64,000 nt of DNA from Campylobacterales bacterium (lineage in GTDB: Bacteria; Campylobacterota; Campylobacteria; Campylobacterales; Arcobacteraceae): the NCBI GenBank assembly GCA_038248665.1, contig JBBRXF010000001.1, forward strand, positions 91,083-155,082, given 5' to 3'. Under the pieces are notes generated by a model. That model did no database searches, had not been told where the DNA came from, and saw nothing but the letters and a program-made list of their open reading frames with translations. Within the stretch, counting starts at the first letter, position 1; every line of letters starts with the position of its first letter. Shown here piece after piece: positions 25,673-36,752 of this stretch. Both the position numbers and the translations under genes were made by a program.

Positions 25673-28507
25673 TTAATTCTTAGCTTTAGTAACTCTATTG
25701 ATTAGATAAAAGATTGAATTATAATCAAGACCTGACTCTTCACTTAATCCAATTTCACAAGTTTTAGATGTAGAAAATGCCATTTTAGCATCTTTTGTTT
25801 GCTCTTTTAAAGCTCTTAAAGCAGATTTATTTAGCTCTGGAAAATTAAATCCTCTATCTCCTGCAAATCCACAACATTTTACATCTGCTGGAACTATTAC
25901 ATTTGTAGAACATAATGACGCTAAAGTTTTAAATTTGTCTTCTAATCCCATTTTTCTTGAACTACAAGTTGTATGAATTGTAATTGGTTCATTTATTGCT
26001 GTAAATTCTAAATCTTTTGTTAAGAATTGTAATGCAAATTCAATTGGCTCAAAAATATCAAGCTTGTGTGAAAAACTCTCCATCATTTTTTTAGTACAAG
26101 GACTTGTATCACATAAAATTGGATATTCACCAAATTCACTAGCATTTAATAAAGCAAGTTCTAGTTGTGAAGATTTTGTGTGTGCTGCTTCATCAAAACC
26201 TTTTGAAGAAAATGGCATACCACAACATAAATTAGGTAAATCTTCAGGGAATAATATTTGGTAACCAGCTTTTAATAATAGCTCAACTGTTGTATCAAAT
26301 AGTTGTTTTTCTTCTTTTGAAACAGCGTTTAATCCCATACTTCTATTTATACATGAAGGGAAATATACTACTTTTTTGTCACTTACTTTTTGCTCGAAAT
26401 TTAGATTTATGTTTGTTCCTATTGGCATTGTAACACTCCATTTAGGAATAGAACTACTTAAATCTCTAAATGTTTTAGTCATTGTTTCCATGCTAGGAGT
26501 TCCTAGAACTTTATGAATGAAGTTTGCACTATGAAGTCCAAATCTAACACCTTTTAGAGTAGTTGAGAAATTATTTGCTACAAAATTTGCAATTGATTTT
26601 CCAGTATTTGAAATTTGTTCAGCTCTTAAATGTTTTGTTAAACTTCCTGTGTCAATTTTTACTGGACATGCAGTTGAACATAAACTACAAGTTGCACAAG
26701 TTTCAATTCCATCATATTGGTATAAATCTTTGTACTCACGTGCTTCTTTATCATTTCCAATTGCTTCAAGTCTTGAAATCTCTCTATTTATTACAATTCT
26801 TTGTCTTGGAGTTAAAGTTAACTCATTTGATGGACATGTAGGTTCACAAAATCCACACTCAATACATTTATCAACAATTTCATTTGTTGCTGGAAGTGTT
26901 TTAAGATTTTTAAGATGAGCTTGGGCATCATCATTTATAATAACACCTGGATTTAAAAGTCCTTTGGGGTCAAATAGATTTTTGATTTTTTTCATCATAA
27001 TATAGGCATCGTATCCCCACTCTACTTCAATAAAGGCTGCCATGTTTCTACCAGTTCCGTGTTCTGCTTTTAAACTTCCTTGATATTTAACGGCAACTGA
27101 ATGAACAACTTCATTCATTAAATCATCATATCTTTTTATCTCTTTTGGATCTGAGAAATCTTGTGTAAATACAAAGTGGAAGTTTCCTTCAAGTGCATGT
27201 CCGAAAATTAAAGCTTCAGAGTAACCATGTTTTTTAAATAGTTCTTGAAGTTCTAGGGTAGCTTCTGCTAAACACTCAATTGGATATGCAACATCTTCAA
27301 TAATTACTGTTGTTCCTGTAACTCTTACAGCTCCTACTGCTGGAAATAAACCTTTTCTGATTTTCCAATAAAGAGTATATTCTGCTACATCTTTTGTAAA
27401 ATAAATATCTCTAACAACAGAAAACTCTTTTAATAACTCTTCAATTTGAGCTGTTTGAATATCTAATTGTTCATCACTTATTGCTCTTGTTTCAATTAAA
27501 AGTGCAGTTACATTTTCATCTAAATCTTTTATAAATGAAGGCATTGCGGGGTCATTTTCAATACTTTTTAACCCTGCTCTATCCATTAATTCAACTGCTT
27601 CAACATTTATTTTATTTGCATCTTTTGCAAGTTTTAATTTTGTAACAGCTGAACATGCCTCATTCATATCTTTAAAATAAATTAGTGAACTAGCTTTATC
27701 TTTTAAATCTTCAACTGTGTAGTAAGTTATTTCTTCAATAAAGGCTAAAGTTCCTTCACTTCCAATGATTAAGTGTTCAAGAATCTCAAACTCATCACTA
27801 AAATCAATTAAAGCATTTAGTGAGTAACCACATGTGTTTTTGATTTTGAACTTTCTCTCAATTTTTGCTCTTAACTCTTCATTATTTTTTGTATCATCTG
27901 AAAAGCTTTTTAACTCTTTCAGGAAATCAGCATGAGTTTTTCTAAAAGAGTCTTTACTCTCTTCACATCCCGTATCTAATTTTGAACCATCACCAAAGAT
28001 TAACTTCATTGATTTTAGAGTTTTATATGAGTTTTGTGAAATTCCACAACACATTCCAGATGCATTATTTGCAGCAATTCCACCAATCATAGCAGCATTA
28101 ATACTAGCTGGATCTGGACCGATTTTTTTAGAATATCTTGCTAATAATCCATTTACTTGAGCACCTGTAAGTGCAGGTTGAAGTGAAATATAACTAACAT
28201 CATCTGCAATTTTAAAGTTACTAAAGTTTCTTGATGTAATTATTAAAATTGAGTCACTAATTGCTTGACCTGAAAGTGAAGTTCCAGCAGCTCTAAAAGT
28301 TATGCTTAGATTCATTGAATTTGATAATTCAATAATATCTTGAACCTCTTTTGCATTATCTGTTTTGATTACTATTTTTGGGATTAATCTATAAAAAGAT
28401 GCATCTGTTCCATAAGCTAAAGTATGAAGCTTATCAGTGAAAATCTTTTTCTTTGAAATCTTATTTATAATTTGATTATAAAAATCTTGGTATTTACCTT
28501 CTAACAT
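25673..28507 (-). CDS. FAD-linked oxidase fused to 4Fe-4S and CCG domains (YdiJ / D-lactate or 2-hydroxyacid dehydrogenase-like)
   Basis: 944 aa. It has an FAD_binding_4-type N-terminus, ferredoxin motifs CIECGFCEPTCP and CATCSLCSTACP, and C-terminal CCG repeats (NLCCGMPF, VKCCGFAG). Confidence 0.85.
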   Translation of the reverse strand: MLEGKYQDFYNQIINKISKKKIFTDKLHTLAYGTDASFYRLIPKIVIKTDNAKEVQDIIELSNSMNLSITFRAAGTSLSGQAISDSILIITSRNFSNFKIADDVSYISLQPALTGAQVNGLLARYSKKIGPDPASINAAMIGGIAANNASGMCCGISQNSYKTLKSMKLIFGDGSKLDTGCEESKDSFRKTHADFLKELKSFSDDTKNNEELRAKIERKFKIKNTCGYSLNALIDFSDEFEILEHLIIGSEGTLAFIEEITYYTVEDLKDKASSLIYFKDMNEACSAVTKLKLAKDANKINVEAVELMDRAGLKSIENDPAMPSFIKDLDENVTALLIETRAISDEQLDIQTAQIEELLKEFSVVRDIYFTKDVAEYTLYWKIRKGLFPAVGAVRVTGTTVIIEDVAYPIECLAEATLELQELFKKHGYSEALIFGHALEGNFHFVFTQDFSDPKEIKRYDDLMNEVVHSVAVKYQGSLKAEHGTGRNMAAFIEVEWGYDAYIMMKKIKNLFDPKGLLNPGVIINDDAQAHLKNLKTLPATNEIVDKCIECGFCEPTCPSNELTLTPRQRIVINREISRLEAIGNDKEAREYKDLYQYDGIETCATCSLCSTACPVKIDTGSLTKHLRAEQISNTGKSIANFVANNFSTTLKGVRFGLHSANFIHKVLGTPSMETMTKTFRDLSSSIPKWSVTMPIGTNINLNFEQKVSDKKVVYFPSCINRSMGLNAVSKEEKQLFDTTVELLLKAGYQILFPEDLPNLCCGMPFSSKGFDEAAHTKSSQLELALLNASEFGEYPILCDTSPCTKKMMESFSHKLDIFEPIEFALQFLTKDLEFTAINEPITIHTTCSSRKMGLEDKFKTLASLCSTNVIVPADVKCCGFAGDRGFNFPELNKSALRALKEQTKDAKMAFSTSKTCEIGLSEESGLDYNSIFYLINRVTKAKN

Positions 28508-28695
28508 TTTTTTCCTTTTTTATTTTTTATTTTGTGAGAAAAAATTAATTGCTATTCGAGTCGTGGTACCGTATAAATTCTTTGTTGAGGGTCATAAATA
28601 AAAGAGTACATTTTATCTTTTATTTTAAATATCATATTGAAGATTAGTTTTAAAAAGTATTTGCTATTTTTCATATTACTTCTCATAAACTTTTA

Positions 28696-28715
28696 CAAAA
28701 GGCAGATGCCTTTTG
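28696..28715. terminator. Hairpin terminator just downstream of the TRAP large permease gene
   Basis: CAAAAGGC-agat-GCCTTTTG is a perfect 8-bp stem, 5 nt beyond the dctM-like stop codon. Confidence 0.55.
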
Positions 28716-28720
28716 CAAAG

Positions 28721-30082
28721 TTATGCTTTTGGATTTATTCCAAAAAATTCTGGGAAAAACACAATTATCATAAGTACAAATATTTGAATAAGAATAAATG
28801 GTACTACACCTTTATAAATATCAATAGTTCTAACACTTGATGGAACTACCCCTTTTAAGTAAAAGAGTGAGAATCCAAAAGGTGGTGTTAAAAATGATGT
28901 TTGTAAATTCATTGCAATTAATATTGCAAACCAAACTGGACTAATATCTAAATTAGTGGCAATTGGAACTAAAATAGGAACAATTATATATGAAATTTCA
29001 ACGAAGTCAATAAAGAATCCTAAAATAAATATTGCTAACATTGTAAATAAAATAAATGCGAATTTCTCATCACCTGGTAAATTCATCATAAAATGCTCAA
29101 CAATTTCATCTCCACCTGTGTATGTGAATACCATTGAAAATGCTGTTGCCCCAATTAAAATACCAAATACCATAGATGTGATTTTTACAGATTCAAAAGC
29201 TGCTTCTTTTACCATATCTATTGAAAATGATCTATATAATACTGCTAATAAAATTGCTCCAATACAACCAACTGCTGATGACTCAGTAGGTGTTGCAATA
29301 CCAGCAAAAATTGAACCTAAAACCATTACAATAAGTGTTAAAGAAGGAATAATTGCAATTAATGCAGCAATTACTTGTTTTGATTTAGACCCTCTTGATT
29401 CATCTTTTGGAATTGCTGGTGCCATATCTTTTTTGAAATACGATACTATTAATATAAATATTATATAAGCAGCAACAAGTGCAAGTCCAGGCCAAACAGC
29501 AGCTGCAAATAAATCACCTACAGGAACTTGAAAAACATCTCCTAAAATAATTAAAACAATTGAAGGAGGAATAATTTGTCCCAAAGTTCCTGAAGCACAA
29601 ATTGTTCCAGTTGCAAGGGGAAGATTATATTTATACTTCATCATAACAGGAAGTGAAATAACACCCATTGCAACTACTGATGCTCCAACAACTCCTGTTG
29701 ATGCAGCAAGTAAAGTTCCAACTAATACCGTAGAAATTGCAACTCCCCCTCTAACTTCTCCAAATAGAAAAGCCATTGATTCGAGTAGTTTTTCAGCAAG
29801 TCCAGTTTTTTGTAAAATAATTCCCATGAAAATAAACATTGGAACAGACATTAATATTGTATTTTGCATAATTGACATAATTCTATAAGGCATGAAATCG
29901 AACATTCCAAGACCTTCATCTAATCCATCAATTAAACCTTCCATTATTCCATTGTCAAAACCAACTTCAATGAAACCTGCTAATATTCCAAAAAATAGAG
30001 ATACTGCTGCAAAAGTAAATGCTACTGGAAAACCAAATGCTAGCATTACTAATGAAGCAAAAAACATAACAATACCAATCAT
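28721..30082 (-). CDS. TRAP transporter large permease (DctM family)
   Basis: 453-aa polytopic protein with typical DctM sequence. It overlaps the small permease gene by 4 nt. Confidence 0.9.
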   Translation of the reverse strand: MIGIVMFFASLVMLAFGFPVAFTFAAVSLFFGILAGFIEVGFDNGIMEGLIDGLDEGLGMFDFMPYRIMSIMQNTILMSVPMFIFMGIILQKTGLAEKLLESMAFLFGEVRGGVAISTVLVGTLLAASTGVVGASVVAMGVISLPVMMKYKYNLPLATGTICASGTLGQIIPPSIVLIILGDVFQVPVGDLFAAAVWPGLALVAAYIIFILIVSYFKKDMAPAIPKDESRGSKSKQVIAALIAIIPSLTLIVMVLGSIFAGIATPTESSAVGCIGAILLAVLYRSFSIDMVKEAAFESVKITSMVFGILIGATAFSMVFTYTGGDEIVEHFMMNLPGDEKFAFILFTMLAIFILGFFIDFVEISYIIVPILVPIATNLDISPVWFAILIAMNLQTSFLTPPFGFSLFYLKGVVPSSVRTIDIYKGVVPFILIQIFVLMIIVFFPEFFGINPKA

Positions 30083-30687
30083 TTGTTTTCTCCTTTTTCA
30101 TCAATATCAACAACATGGTGTTTATGTTGTTCTAATTCACATTTTAAATTTTCTATTTCACCTTTTAGATTGTATCCATCCATTGGTCTAAGACCTTTGT
30201 AAACATTTAGATTTTTTATAAAAAATCCAATTGATGTAATAATTAATAGTAAAAAAGATAATGGAATTAACGATTTTACAATCCATCTATATGGTAATCC
30301 ACCTGGATCGCCACTTTGTTCATTCGAAGTAAAAGACTCAACTACATAAGGTACAGATTCAATTCCTATTAATAATGCAACAGGAAGAATAAATAACACA
30401 ACTCCTGCCATATTTATTCTAGCTTTCTTTTTATCTGTTAATCTATCGTAAATAATGTCAACTCTTACATGACCATCTTCTTTTAAAGTATAAGATATAC
30501 CTAATAAAATAACTACAGAAAATAGGTGCCATTCCATCTCTTGCATAGCGATACTACCTGTATTAAAAAAGTATCTCATAACAACGTCATAAGTTACATT
30601 TAATATCATCAGTACCATAACAAAAGCAGTAAAATACCCTATTATATCTGCAAATTTATCAAAACCTTTTTCTAGTTTTAATAGCAT
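30079..30687 (-). CDS. TRAP transporter small permease (DctQ family) with a C-terminal soluble tail
   Basis: 202 aa. It has four TM segments followed by a charged ~45-aa tail. Confidence 0.8.
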   Translation of the reverse strand: MLLKLEKGFDKFADIIGYFTAFVMVLMILNVTYDVVMRYFFNTGSIAMQEMEWHLFSVVILLGISYTLKEDGHVRVDIIYDRLTDKKKARINMAGVVLFILPVALLIGIESVPYVVESFTSNEQSGDPGGLPYRWIVKSLIPLSFLLLIITSIGFFIKNLNVYKGLRPMDGYNLKGEIENLKCELEQHKHHVVDIDEKGENK

Positions 30688-30769
30688 TATAATCCTTTTG
30701 TGATTTTATAAATAAGTCAAATAAACTTATTTGAGGTAGATTTATTTGAGTTATTTCAGATTTTGCAAT

Positions 30770-30792
30770 CTAACTCCCTAAAAGAGAGTTAG
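30770..30792 (-). promoter_or_regulatory. Intercistronic stem-loop between the TRAP binding-protein and permease genes
   Basis: CTAACTCCC / GAGAGTTAG pair with one mismatch and a 5-nt loop. On the transcribed strand no U-run follows, so it looks like an mRNA-stability or attenuation hairpin rather than a full terminator. Confidence 0.35.
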
Positions 30793-30801
30793 AGGGGTTT
30801 T

Positions 30802-31869
30802 TTATAAATTGTCTTTTAGATATAAGTAGTCAGACATTTTTGTCCACTCTCTTGATTTTTTCTGATAAGCTTCTTGTGATTCTAAAACTTCTTTTACGAT
30901 TGGAGACTCTTTTTTAACCTCTTCTAATAATTCAGCATTAGCTTTTTTCATTGCGTCCATAACAGGTTTTGGGAAAGTTTTAACTTTAATTGTTGGGAAT
31001 TCAGTTAACATATTTGCCCATGCTTCACTACTCATATGGTAGTTTTGAATGTACATATCATAAGCTGATACTCTCATTGCTGTTAATAAAATTTGTTGTA
31101 AATCTTTTGGTAGTTTATTGTACGCTTCTTCATTTACCATAAATTGTAATTCAGTTGCTGGTTCATGCCAACCTGTGTAATAATATGGTGCTATTTTGTG
31201 GAATCCCATGCTCACATCCATACCTGGGCCAACCCACTCTAGTGCATCAATAGTTCCTCTTTCAAGTGATGTATATAATTCACCTGGAGCTATATTTGTA
31301 ACTGATAATCCTAGTTTTGCCATAACTTCACCAGCAAATCCTGGAATTCTCATTTTTAGACCTTTTAAGTCATCAAGTGTATTGATCTCTTTTCTGAACC
31401 AACCACCCATTTGATTACCAGTATTTCCACCTGGGAATGCTAAAATACCATGTTTTTTATATGCTTTTTGCATTAATTCCATTCCACCACCGTAGTAGAA
31501 CCATGCATATTGTTCAGGTGCAGTCATACCAAACGGCATTGTTGTAAATGGTAAAGTATCAATATCTTTACCTTTCCAGTAATATGATGCTGAGTGACCC
31601 ATTTCATATTGGCCACCTTTAACCATATCTAAAATACCAAGTGGTGCCTTATGTTTATTTGCAGCGTCAATTCTGATTTGTAATCTTCCTTCAGACATCT
31701 CTTCTACAAGTTTTGACATATTTGTTGGTGAATCAATAAATGGAGTAAGAGTTGAACCCCAAGTTGTTGCCAACTTCCATTTGACAACTTTATCAGCTGC
31801 ACTTGCTGCTGTTGATAAACCTGCAATTAATGCCGATGTAACTAGTAACTTTGTTGTAAATTTTAACAT
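30802..31869 (-). CDS. TRAP transporter substrate-binding protein (COG4663-like DctP family)
   Basis: 355 aa with a signal peptide. It is a close paralogue of 48048-49112. Confidence 0.9.
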   Translation of the reverse strand: MLKFTTKLLVTSALIAGLSTAASAADKVVKWKLATTWGSTLTPFIDSPTNMSKLVEEMSEGRLQIRIDAANKHKAPLGILDMVKGGQYEMGHSASYYWKGKDIDTLPFTTMPFGMTAPEQYAWFYYGGGMELMQKAYKKHGILAFPGGNTGNQMGGWFRKEINTLDDLKGLKMRIPGFAGEVMAKLGLSVTNIAPGELYTSLERGTIDALEWVGPGMDVSMGFHKIAPYYYTGWHEPATELQFMVNEEAYNKLPKDLQQILLTAMRVSAYDMYIQNYHMSSEAWANMLTEFPTIKVKTFPKPVMDAMKKANAELLEEVKKESPIVKEVLESQEAYQKKSREWTKMSDYLYLKDNL

Positions 31870-31934
31870 TTCATTTCTCCTTAGATTTGTTATTCTTAAA
31901 TTCTAACTATACCAAATGATAATAATATGATATT

Positions 31935-32579
31935 TTAGCTTATTTTAAAAAGATAACCTGTGTCTACAACCGTATGAATATACTCTTTATTTAATATTTT
32001 TCTTACTCTTCTAATTAGACTTCGTATTGATTCTAAAGATACAAAACTGCCTTCCCAAACGTAATTCTCAATACTTTCATAGGTGATAACTTGATTCTTT
32101 TTACTAAGAAATAGATTTATTAAAAGTTTTTCTTTTTTTGTTAATCTTGTTTCTTGATTCTCAATTACAACAGTTGCTGATTTAAAATCAAAATATGAGT
32201 TTTCATCAAAATAGATTTTACTATCTTGAATATTGCAAAGTTTCTCAATTTTTATCTCTAATTCATCTATAAAAAATGGTTTTTTCAAATAATCATTACA
32301 GCCAAAATCGTACGATTGTTTTATTACATCCAATTCCACACTTGCACTTATAATTATTACTGGAACAATTTTGTAATATTCTCTTATTTTTTTTAGAATA
32401 TTAATTCCATCTACATTTGGAACATTTATGTCCAAAATAAAACAAGAAAAGCCCTCCGTTATATTTTCATAAGCATCTGCACCATCAGTAAAAGAGACTA
32501 CATTATAGTTTTTTAATTTTAATCTTTTTGTGATAGTTTCATTTAATTTTTTATTATCTTCTAAAAGTAGAATCTTCAT
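31935..32579 (-). CDS. OmpR/PhoB-type response regulator
   Basis: It has a receiver domain (ILLLEDN...ILDINVP) and a C-terminal winged-helix (LTKKEKLLINLF...YVW). Confidence 0.85.
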   Translation of the reverse strand: MKILLLEDNKKLNETITKRLKLKNYNVVSFTDGADAYENITEGFSCFILDINVPNVDGINILKKIREYYKIVPVIIISASVELDVIKQSYDFGCNDYLKKPFFIDELEIKIEKLCNIQDSKIYFDENSYFDFKSATVVIENQETRLTKKEKLLINLFLSKKNQVITYESIENYVWEGSFVSLESIRSLIRRVRKILNKEYIHTVVDTGYLFKIS

Positions 32580-32580
32580 T

Positions 32581-34776
32581 TTAAACCTTCTTATGAGGAA
32601 GTTTAATTGTAAAAACTACGTGATTTCCGTCATTTCTTACACTAATACTTCCTCTCATTTTTTCTTCAATAATTACTTTTGCCATATAAAGACCAAGGCC
32701 TGTTCCATCTTCTTTTGTTGTGAAATATGGTTCAAAGATTGAGTTTATGATCTTCTCATCAATTGCACCTGCATCATCAATTATTTCTATTGTATTTGAA
32801 TTTGTTGAACGTTTAATATTAATATCAATAGTTCCCTTTTGATTTATAGGTAGATTTTTTTCTACAATTTTATTTTTTGCATTATTTATAATGTTTAATA
32901 AAACTTGTTTGAACTCATTTTCATATCCATAAATCAGTAACTCTTCATTTTCATTTTTATAATTAAAATTCATTTTAATATTTGAATAAAATACTTGTTT
33001 TCCAATTATCTCATTGATTTCATTTAAAGCTTTTGTAATAGAAAAGAGTTGTTTTTTAGTTGAAGGTTTTAAGAAGTTCCTAAAATCACTAAGTGTTTTT
33101 GACATATATTTTATTTGAATCATTGAATCATTTACAAACTCTTTTACCTCATCATCTTTTAACTCTTTTAAAAGGTAAGATGTTTGAATATCTTGAACAA
33201 GGGCAGATAACTCTACTAATGGTTCATTCCATTGGTGAGCAATTGCCGCAATCATATCACCCATTTCAGCTAATTTACTTTGTTGGATTAAAAACTGTTT
33301 TTGTTGAATTCTTTCAGTTATATCATCCATAATACAAACAATTCCACCAACACTTCCATCAATATTTTTATAAACAGCTTTATTTAAAATAATATGTTTC
33401 ATCTCATTTGATTTTGTATAAAAGGTAAATTCAGAAGTACTTGTACTAAATGTATATAATAACTCTTTATCAATTTTTGTATTTGCTGTTGCAATTTTAT
33501 GGGGGAAAAAGTCAAAGGCTGTTTTCCCTATTATCTCATCCCTTGAAGAGTTTACCAATGAAGCAAAACTTGTATTACATCCTAAAAATTTACCCTCAAC
33601 ATTTTTATAATAAATTGGATTAGGAATAGTATCAAGAAGTACTTTGTCAAACTCAATTCTATTTGAAAGTTCAAGTTCAAGTTTTTCTCTTCTTTGAATA
33701 TTTGCTCTTAAAATTAAAACAACTATACTAAGAACAAAGATAATTAAAATAGAAATAATAAAAAACTTTGTATGTTCTCTATATGCAGATGCTGGCTCAT
33801 TTATTATTAAAGGATTTTCAATATATTTACTTACATCTAGATTGAATCTTCGTAGTTCATTATAATCAAACATATAAAGATTTGGTGATTTCTCTAAAAT
33901 TGGTATATCGGTGATTTTTTTACCACTTAAAACTTCTAAAGCCATTTTTGAAACATTTTCACCTTGTGCAACTGCAGAAGTTAACAGACCACCTACTATT
34001 CCACTATTTAAATAAAAATCCCAAAGACCATAAATAGGCACTTGGCTTACTCTTTTTACCTCATCAAAACTTTGTTTATGGGTAAAAAACTTTCCTGTTG
34101 TATCTTTGAATAAAAGTACAAATAGTATTGCACTATTCTCTTTATCTAAATTAGAGACTTTTTCTTGTAGATTTTTAATCTCTAAATTATCAGTATATTC
34201 AATATTGAATTTATTCTTATATTTCTCAATAATTGGTCTTAAATCTCTTTTTACAGCATAACCAGTAGTAGAAGTATCATTAATAATAAGTAGATTTTTT
34301 AGATTTGGATGAAGTTTTGTTATTAACTCAAAGTTTTTCTCAATATCAACCTCTTCTGCTACTCCAGACATATATTTATACATATCATTTTCGTGTAAAA
34401 AGATTTTATCAAAGTTGTTTATTCCACAAAACAATACGGGAACATCTTTAAATAAGAACTCATGGTATTTAATCATAAAATCAAAAGCATTGTTGTCACT
34501 TAAAATAATTAAATCAAACTTTCTTCCCTCAAACTCTTGTTTATAAAGTCTTGAAAGATTGTATAGATATGAAGAATCATCAATTCTTTTTGTATCCATA
34601 TAAATTGTTGTAAGTTCTATCTCTTTGTGATTAGCGAAATTTTTTTCGATAGTTTTAGAAATATCATCTGTCCAAATATATCCTTTATGATATGAATGAA
34701 TTAATAATACATCTTTTGATTGGCTTGCAAATAGATAGTTAAAAAAAAGTATGCTAAATAGTAAAAAATATTTCAT
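32581..34776 (-). CDS. Sensor histidine kinase with a periplasmic solute-binding-like domain, PAS, HisKA and HATPase domains
   Basis: 731 aa. The N-terminal ~330-aa periplasmic domain (VLLIHSYHKGYIWTDD) resembles ABC-substrate-binding folds. It is followed by a TM segment, a PAS-like region, the H-box IAAIAHQWNEP, and the G-box GTGLGLYM. Confidence 0.85.
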   Translation of the reverse strand: MKYFLLFSILFFNYLFASQSKDVLLIHSYHKGYIWTDDISKTIEKNFANHKEIELTTIYMDTKRIDDSSYLYNLSRLYKQEFEGRKFDLIILSDNNAFDFMIKYHEFLFKDVPVLFCGINNFDKIFLHENDMYKYMSGVAEEVDIEKNFELITKLHPNLKNLLIINDTSTTGYAVKRDLRPIIEKYKNKFNIEYTDNLEIKNLQEKVSNLDKENSAILFVLLFKDTTGKFFTHKQSFDEVKRVSQVPIYGLWDFYLNSGIVGGLLTSAVAQGENVSKMALEVLSGKKITDIPILEKSPNLYMFDYNELRRFNLDVSKYIENPLIINEPASAYREHTKFFIISILIIFVLSIVVLILRANIQRREKLELELSNRIEFDKVLLDTIPNPIYYKNVEGKFLGCNTSFASLVNSSRDEIIGKTAFDFFPHKIATANTKIDKELLYTFSTSTSEFTFYTKSNEMKHIILNKAVYKNIDGSVGGIVCIMDDITERIQQKQFLIQQSKLAEMGDMIAAIAHQWNEPLVELSALVQDIQTSYLLKELKDDEVKEFVNDSMIQIKYMSKTLSDFRNFLKPSTKKQLFSITKALNEINEIIGKQVFYSNIKMNFNYKNENEELLIYGYENEFKQVLLNIINNAKNKIVEKNLPINQKGTIDINIKRSTNSNTIEIIDDAGAIDEKIINSIFEPYFTTKEDGTGLGLYMAKVIIEEKMRGSISVRNDGNHVVFTIKLPHKKV

Positions 34777-34801
34777 TATTATCCCCTATTTAGCAATTAT
34801 A

Positions 34802-35389
34802 TCAAGATTTTATGAAAATCACATAACCAGTTTTTGGTCCATGAGCTCCAATAACAAGTGATTGTTCAATGTCCGCTGTTTTAGAAGGACCTGAAATAAA
34901 TACTCCATAACCTGAGTTTTCGAAATTTATTCTTTCATATGCTTCATGCATATTATTTAAAAGTTCATTTTCATCAATTACAATAACAATATTTTGTGCA
35001 ATGAAATATAAAGCTCTATGTCTATTATCTTCATTTTTCATCCAAATTGCACCATTTTCAGCAATTGCGAAATTACCTTTTACAATGGCTAAATCAATAT
35101 CTTTTAAATCATGAACATCTCTAAAACTATTAGCATCAAAATTTCCTAAAGTACAATAATCCACATTACAAGCTATTTGTTGTTCATCTGGATATAAAGC
35201 CTTTATTGTTTCATCTAACTTATCTTTTTCAATTACTAGAGCTTTCCCACCTACACTTTCAATCATAGTAGAAAAAGTTTCAAATTTATTATCAAATTTG
35301 ATACCAAAACTTTCATAACTTGGAAGTTTTACACTTTTAACAACATTGTTATCTTTAATATTTTTTAATATTTTTTCTTTACTAGTCAT
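34802..35389 (-). CDS. lutC: Lactate utilization protein C (LUD domain)
   Basis: 195 aa with a LUD/YkgG-like sequence. It is last in a lutABC-ordered operon with overlapping junctions. Confidence 0.8.
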   Translation of the reverse strand: MTSKEKILKNIKDNNVVKSVKLPSYESFGIKFDNKFETFSTMIESVGGKALVIEKDKLDETIKALYPDEQQIACNVDYCTLGNFDANSFRDVHDLKDIDLAIVKGNFAIAENGAIWMKNEDNRHRALYFIAQNIVIVIDENELLNNMHEAYERINFENSGYGVFISGPSKTADIEQSLVIGAHGPKTGYVIFIKS

Positions 35390-36752
35390 CTAATTCTCCA
35401 TCTCTAAACATCTCTTTAAAACTTTTTGGAGGCATTTTAGGCATATCCCTTTGTTTTCCCCAAACATTTGCTTTATTATATATAATAGAATTTGGTAATT
35501 TTGGCACAATAAATCTAGCCATTTTTCCAGCAAATTCAAATAGTGTTGGTTTACTCATTAACCAAGCGGTTACTTTCATTGCCATTTTTTTCTTTGGATC
35601 AATTAGATTTGCTTCAGATAAATCTTGTCTTAGACTATAAAGTTGTGAATCTAAGTCAATTTTTACTGGACAAACATTAGAGCATGAACCACATAATGTA
35701 CAAGCAAATGGCAAAGAGTTATGTTTCTCTGGCTCTTTTTTTGAACCTAAAATTGAACCAATTGGTCCTGGAATTACATATTCATAAGAGTGACCACCAC
35801 TTCTTCTATAAACAGGGCAAGTATTCATACATGCACCACATCTAATGCAGTTTAGTGCTTTTTTATTTTTTTCAGATGCTAAAAATTGACTTCTATTATT
35901 ATCAACAATAATAATGTGCATTTCTCCACCCTCAATTGGTGAATGAAAATGTGAAGTATAAGAAGTTATTGGTTGACCAGTTGCACTTCTTGCTAATAAT
36001 CTTGTAAATACTGATAAATCCTCAAGTCTTGGAATTATTTTTTCAATACCCATTGAAGCAATATGAAGTTTAGGAACACTAGCTCCCATATCTGCATTTC
36101 CTTCATTTGTACAAACTACAACTCCACCAGTATTTGCAATTGCAAAATTAACACCAGTTAGCCCAGCTTGTGCTGTTAAGAAATCTTCTCTTAAAGCAGC
36201 TCTTGCAGCACGAGTAAGATATGTTGGGTCATAATTTCCTTGTTCCGTTCCTAAATGTTCATGAAAAGTATCTGATACATCAGATTTTTTTAGGTGAATT
36301 GCTGGTAATACGATATGTGATGGAGTCTCATGTCTTAGTTGAACAATTCTTTCTCCTAAGTCTGTATCAATAACTTCAATTCCTAAATTTTCTAAATATG
36401 GATTTAAGTGACACTCTTCCGTAAGCATTGATTTTGATTTTACAAGTTTTGTAACATTATGTTCTTTTAAGATTTTTGCAACAATTTGGTTATGTTCAAG
36501 TGCATCAATTGCAAAGTGAACTTTAATACCTTTTTTTGTTGCATTCTCTTCAAATTGTAAAAGATAAGAATCAAGATTTGCCATTGTATGAGTTTTGATT
36601 TGATTTGCAAACTCTCTTAATTGTTCCCATTCAGGAATTGATTTACTTGCTCTATCTCTTTTTTCTCTTACAAACCAAAGTGCTTGGTCATGCCAATGCA
36701 TTCTCTCATCATTAGCAACAAATTTTGCTGCATTAACACTATGACTACTCAT
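35382..36752 (-). CDS. lutB: Lactate utilization protein B (4Fe-4S, LUD domain)
   Basis: It has the ferredoxin motifs CIRCGACMNTCP and CTLCGSCSNVCP and a LutB/YkgF-type body. Confidence 0.9.
   Translation of the reverse strand: MSSHSVNAAKFVANDERMHWHDQALWFVREKRDRASKSIPEWEQLREFANQIKTHTMANLDSYLLQFEENATKKGIKVHFAIDALEHNQIVAKILKEHNVTKLVKSKSMLTEECHLNPYLENLGIEVIDTDLGERIVQLRHETPSHIVLPAIHLKKSDVSDTFHEHLGTEQGNYDPTYLTRAARAALREDFLTAQAGLTGVNFAIANTGGVVVCTNEGNADMGASVPKLHIASMGIEKIIPRLEDLSVFTRLLARSATGQPITSYTSHFHSPIEGGEMHIIIVDNNRSQFLASEKNKKALNCIRCGACMNTCPVYRRSGGHSYEYVIPGPIGSILGSKKEPEKHNSLPFACTLCGSCSNVCPVKIDLDSQLYSLRQDLSEANLIDPKKKMAMKVTAWLMSKPTLFEFAGKMARFIVPKLPNSIIYNKANVWGKQRDMPKMPPKSFKEMFRDGELDD

Noticed and set aside
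28552-28635. 27-codon minus-strand ORF upstream of the dehydrogenase gene, and a TTCGAGTC-containing GC-rich patch that briefly looked like a tRNA T-arm fragment
   Set aside because: The ORF has no Shine-Dalgarno. The flanks of the TTCGAGT loop are not complementary, so there is no T-stem, no acceptor stem and no CCA context.
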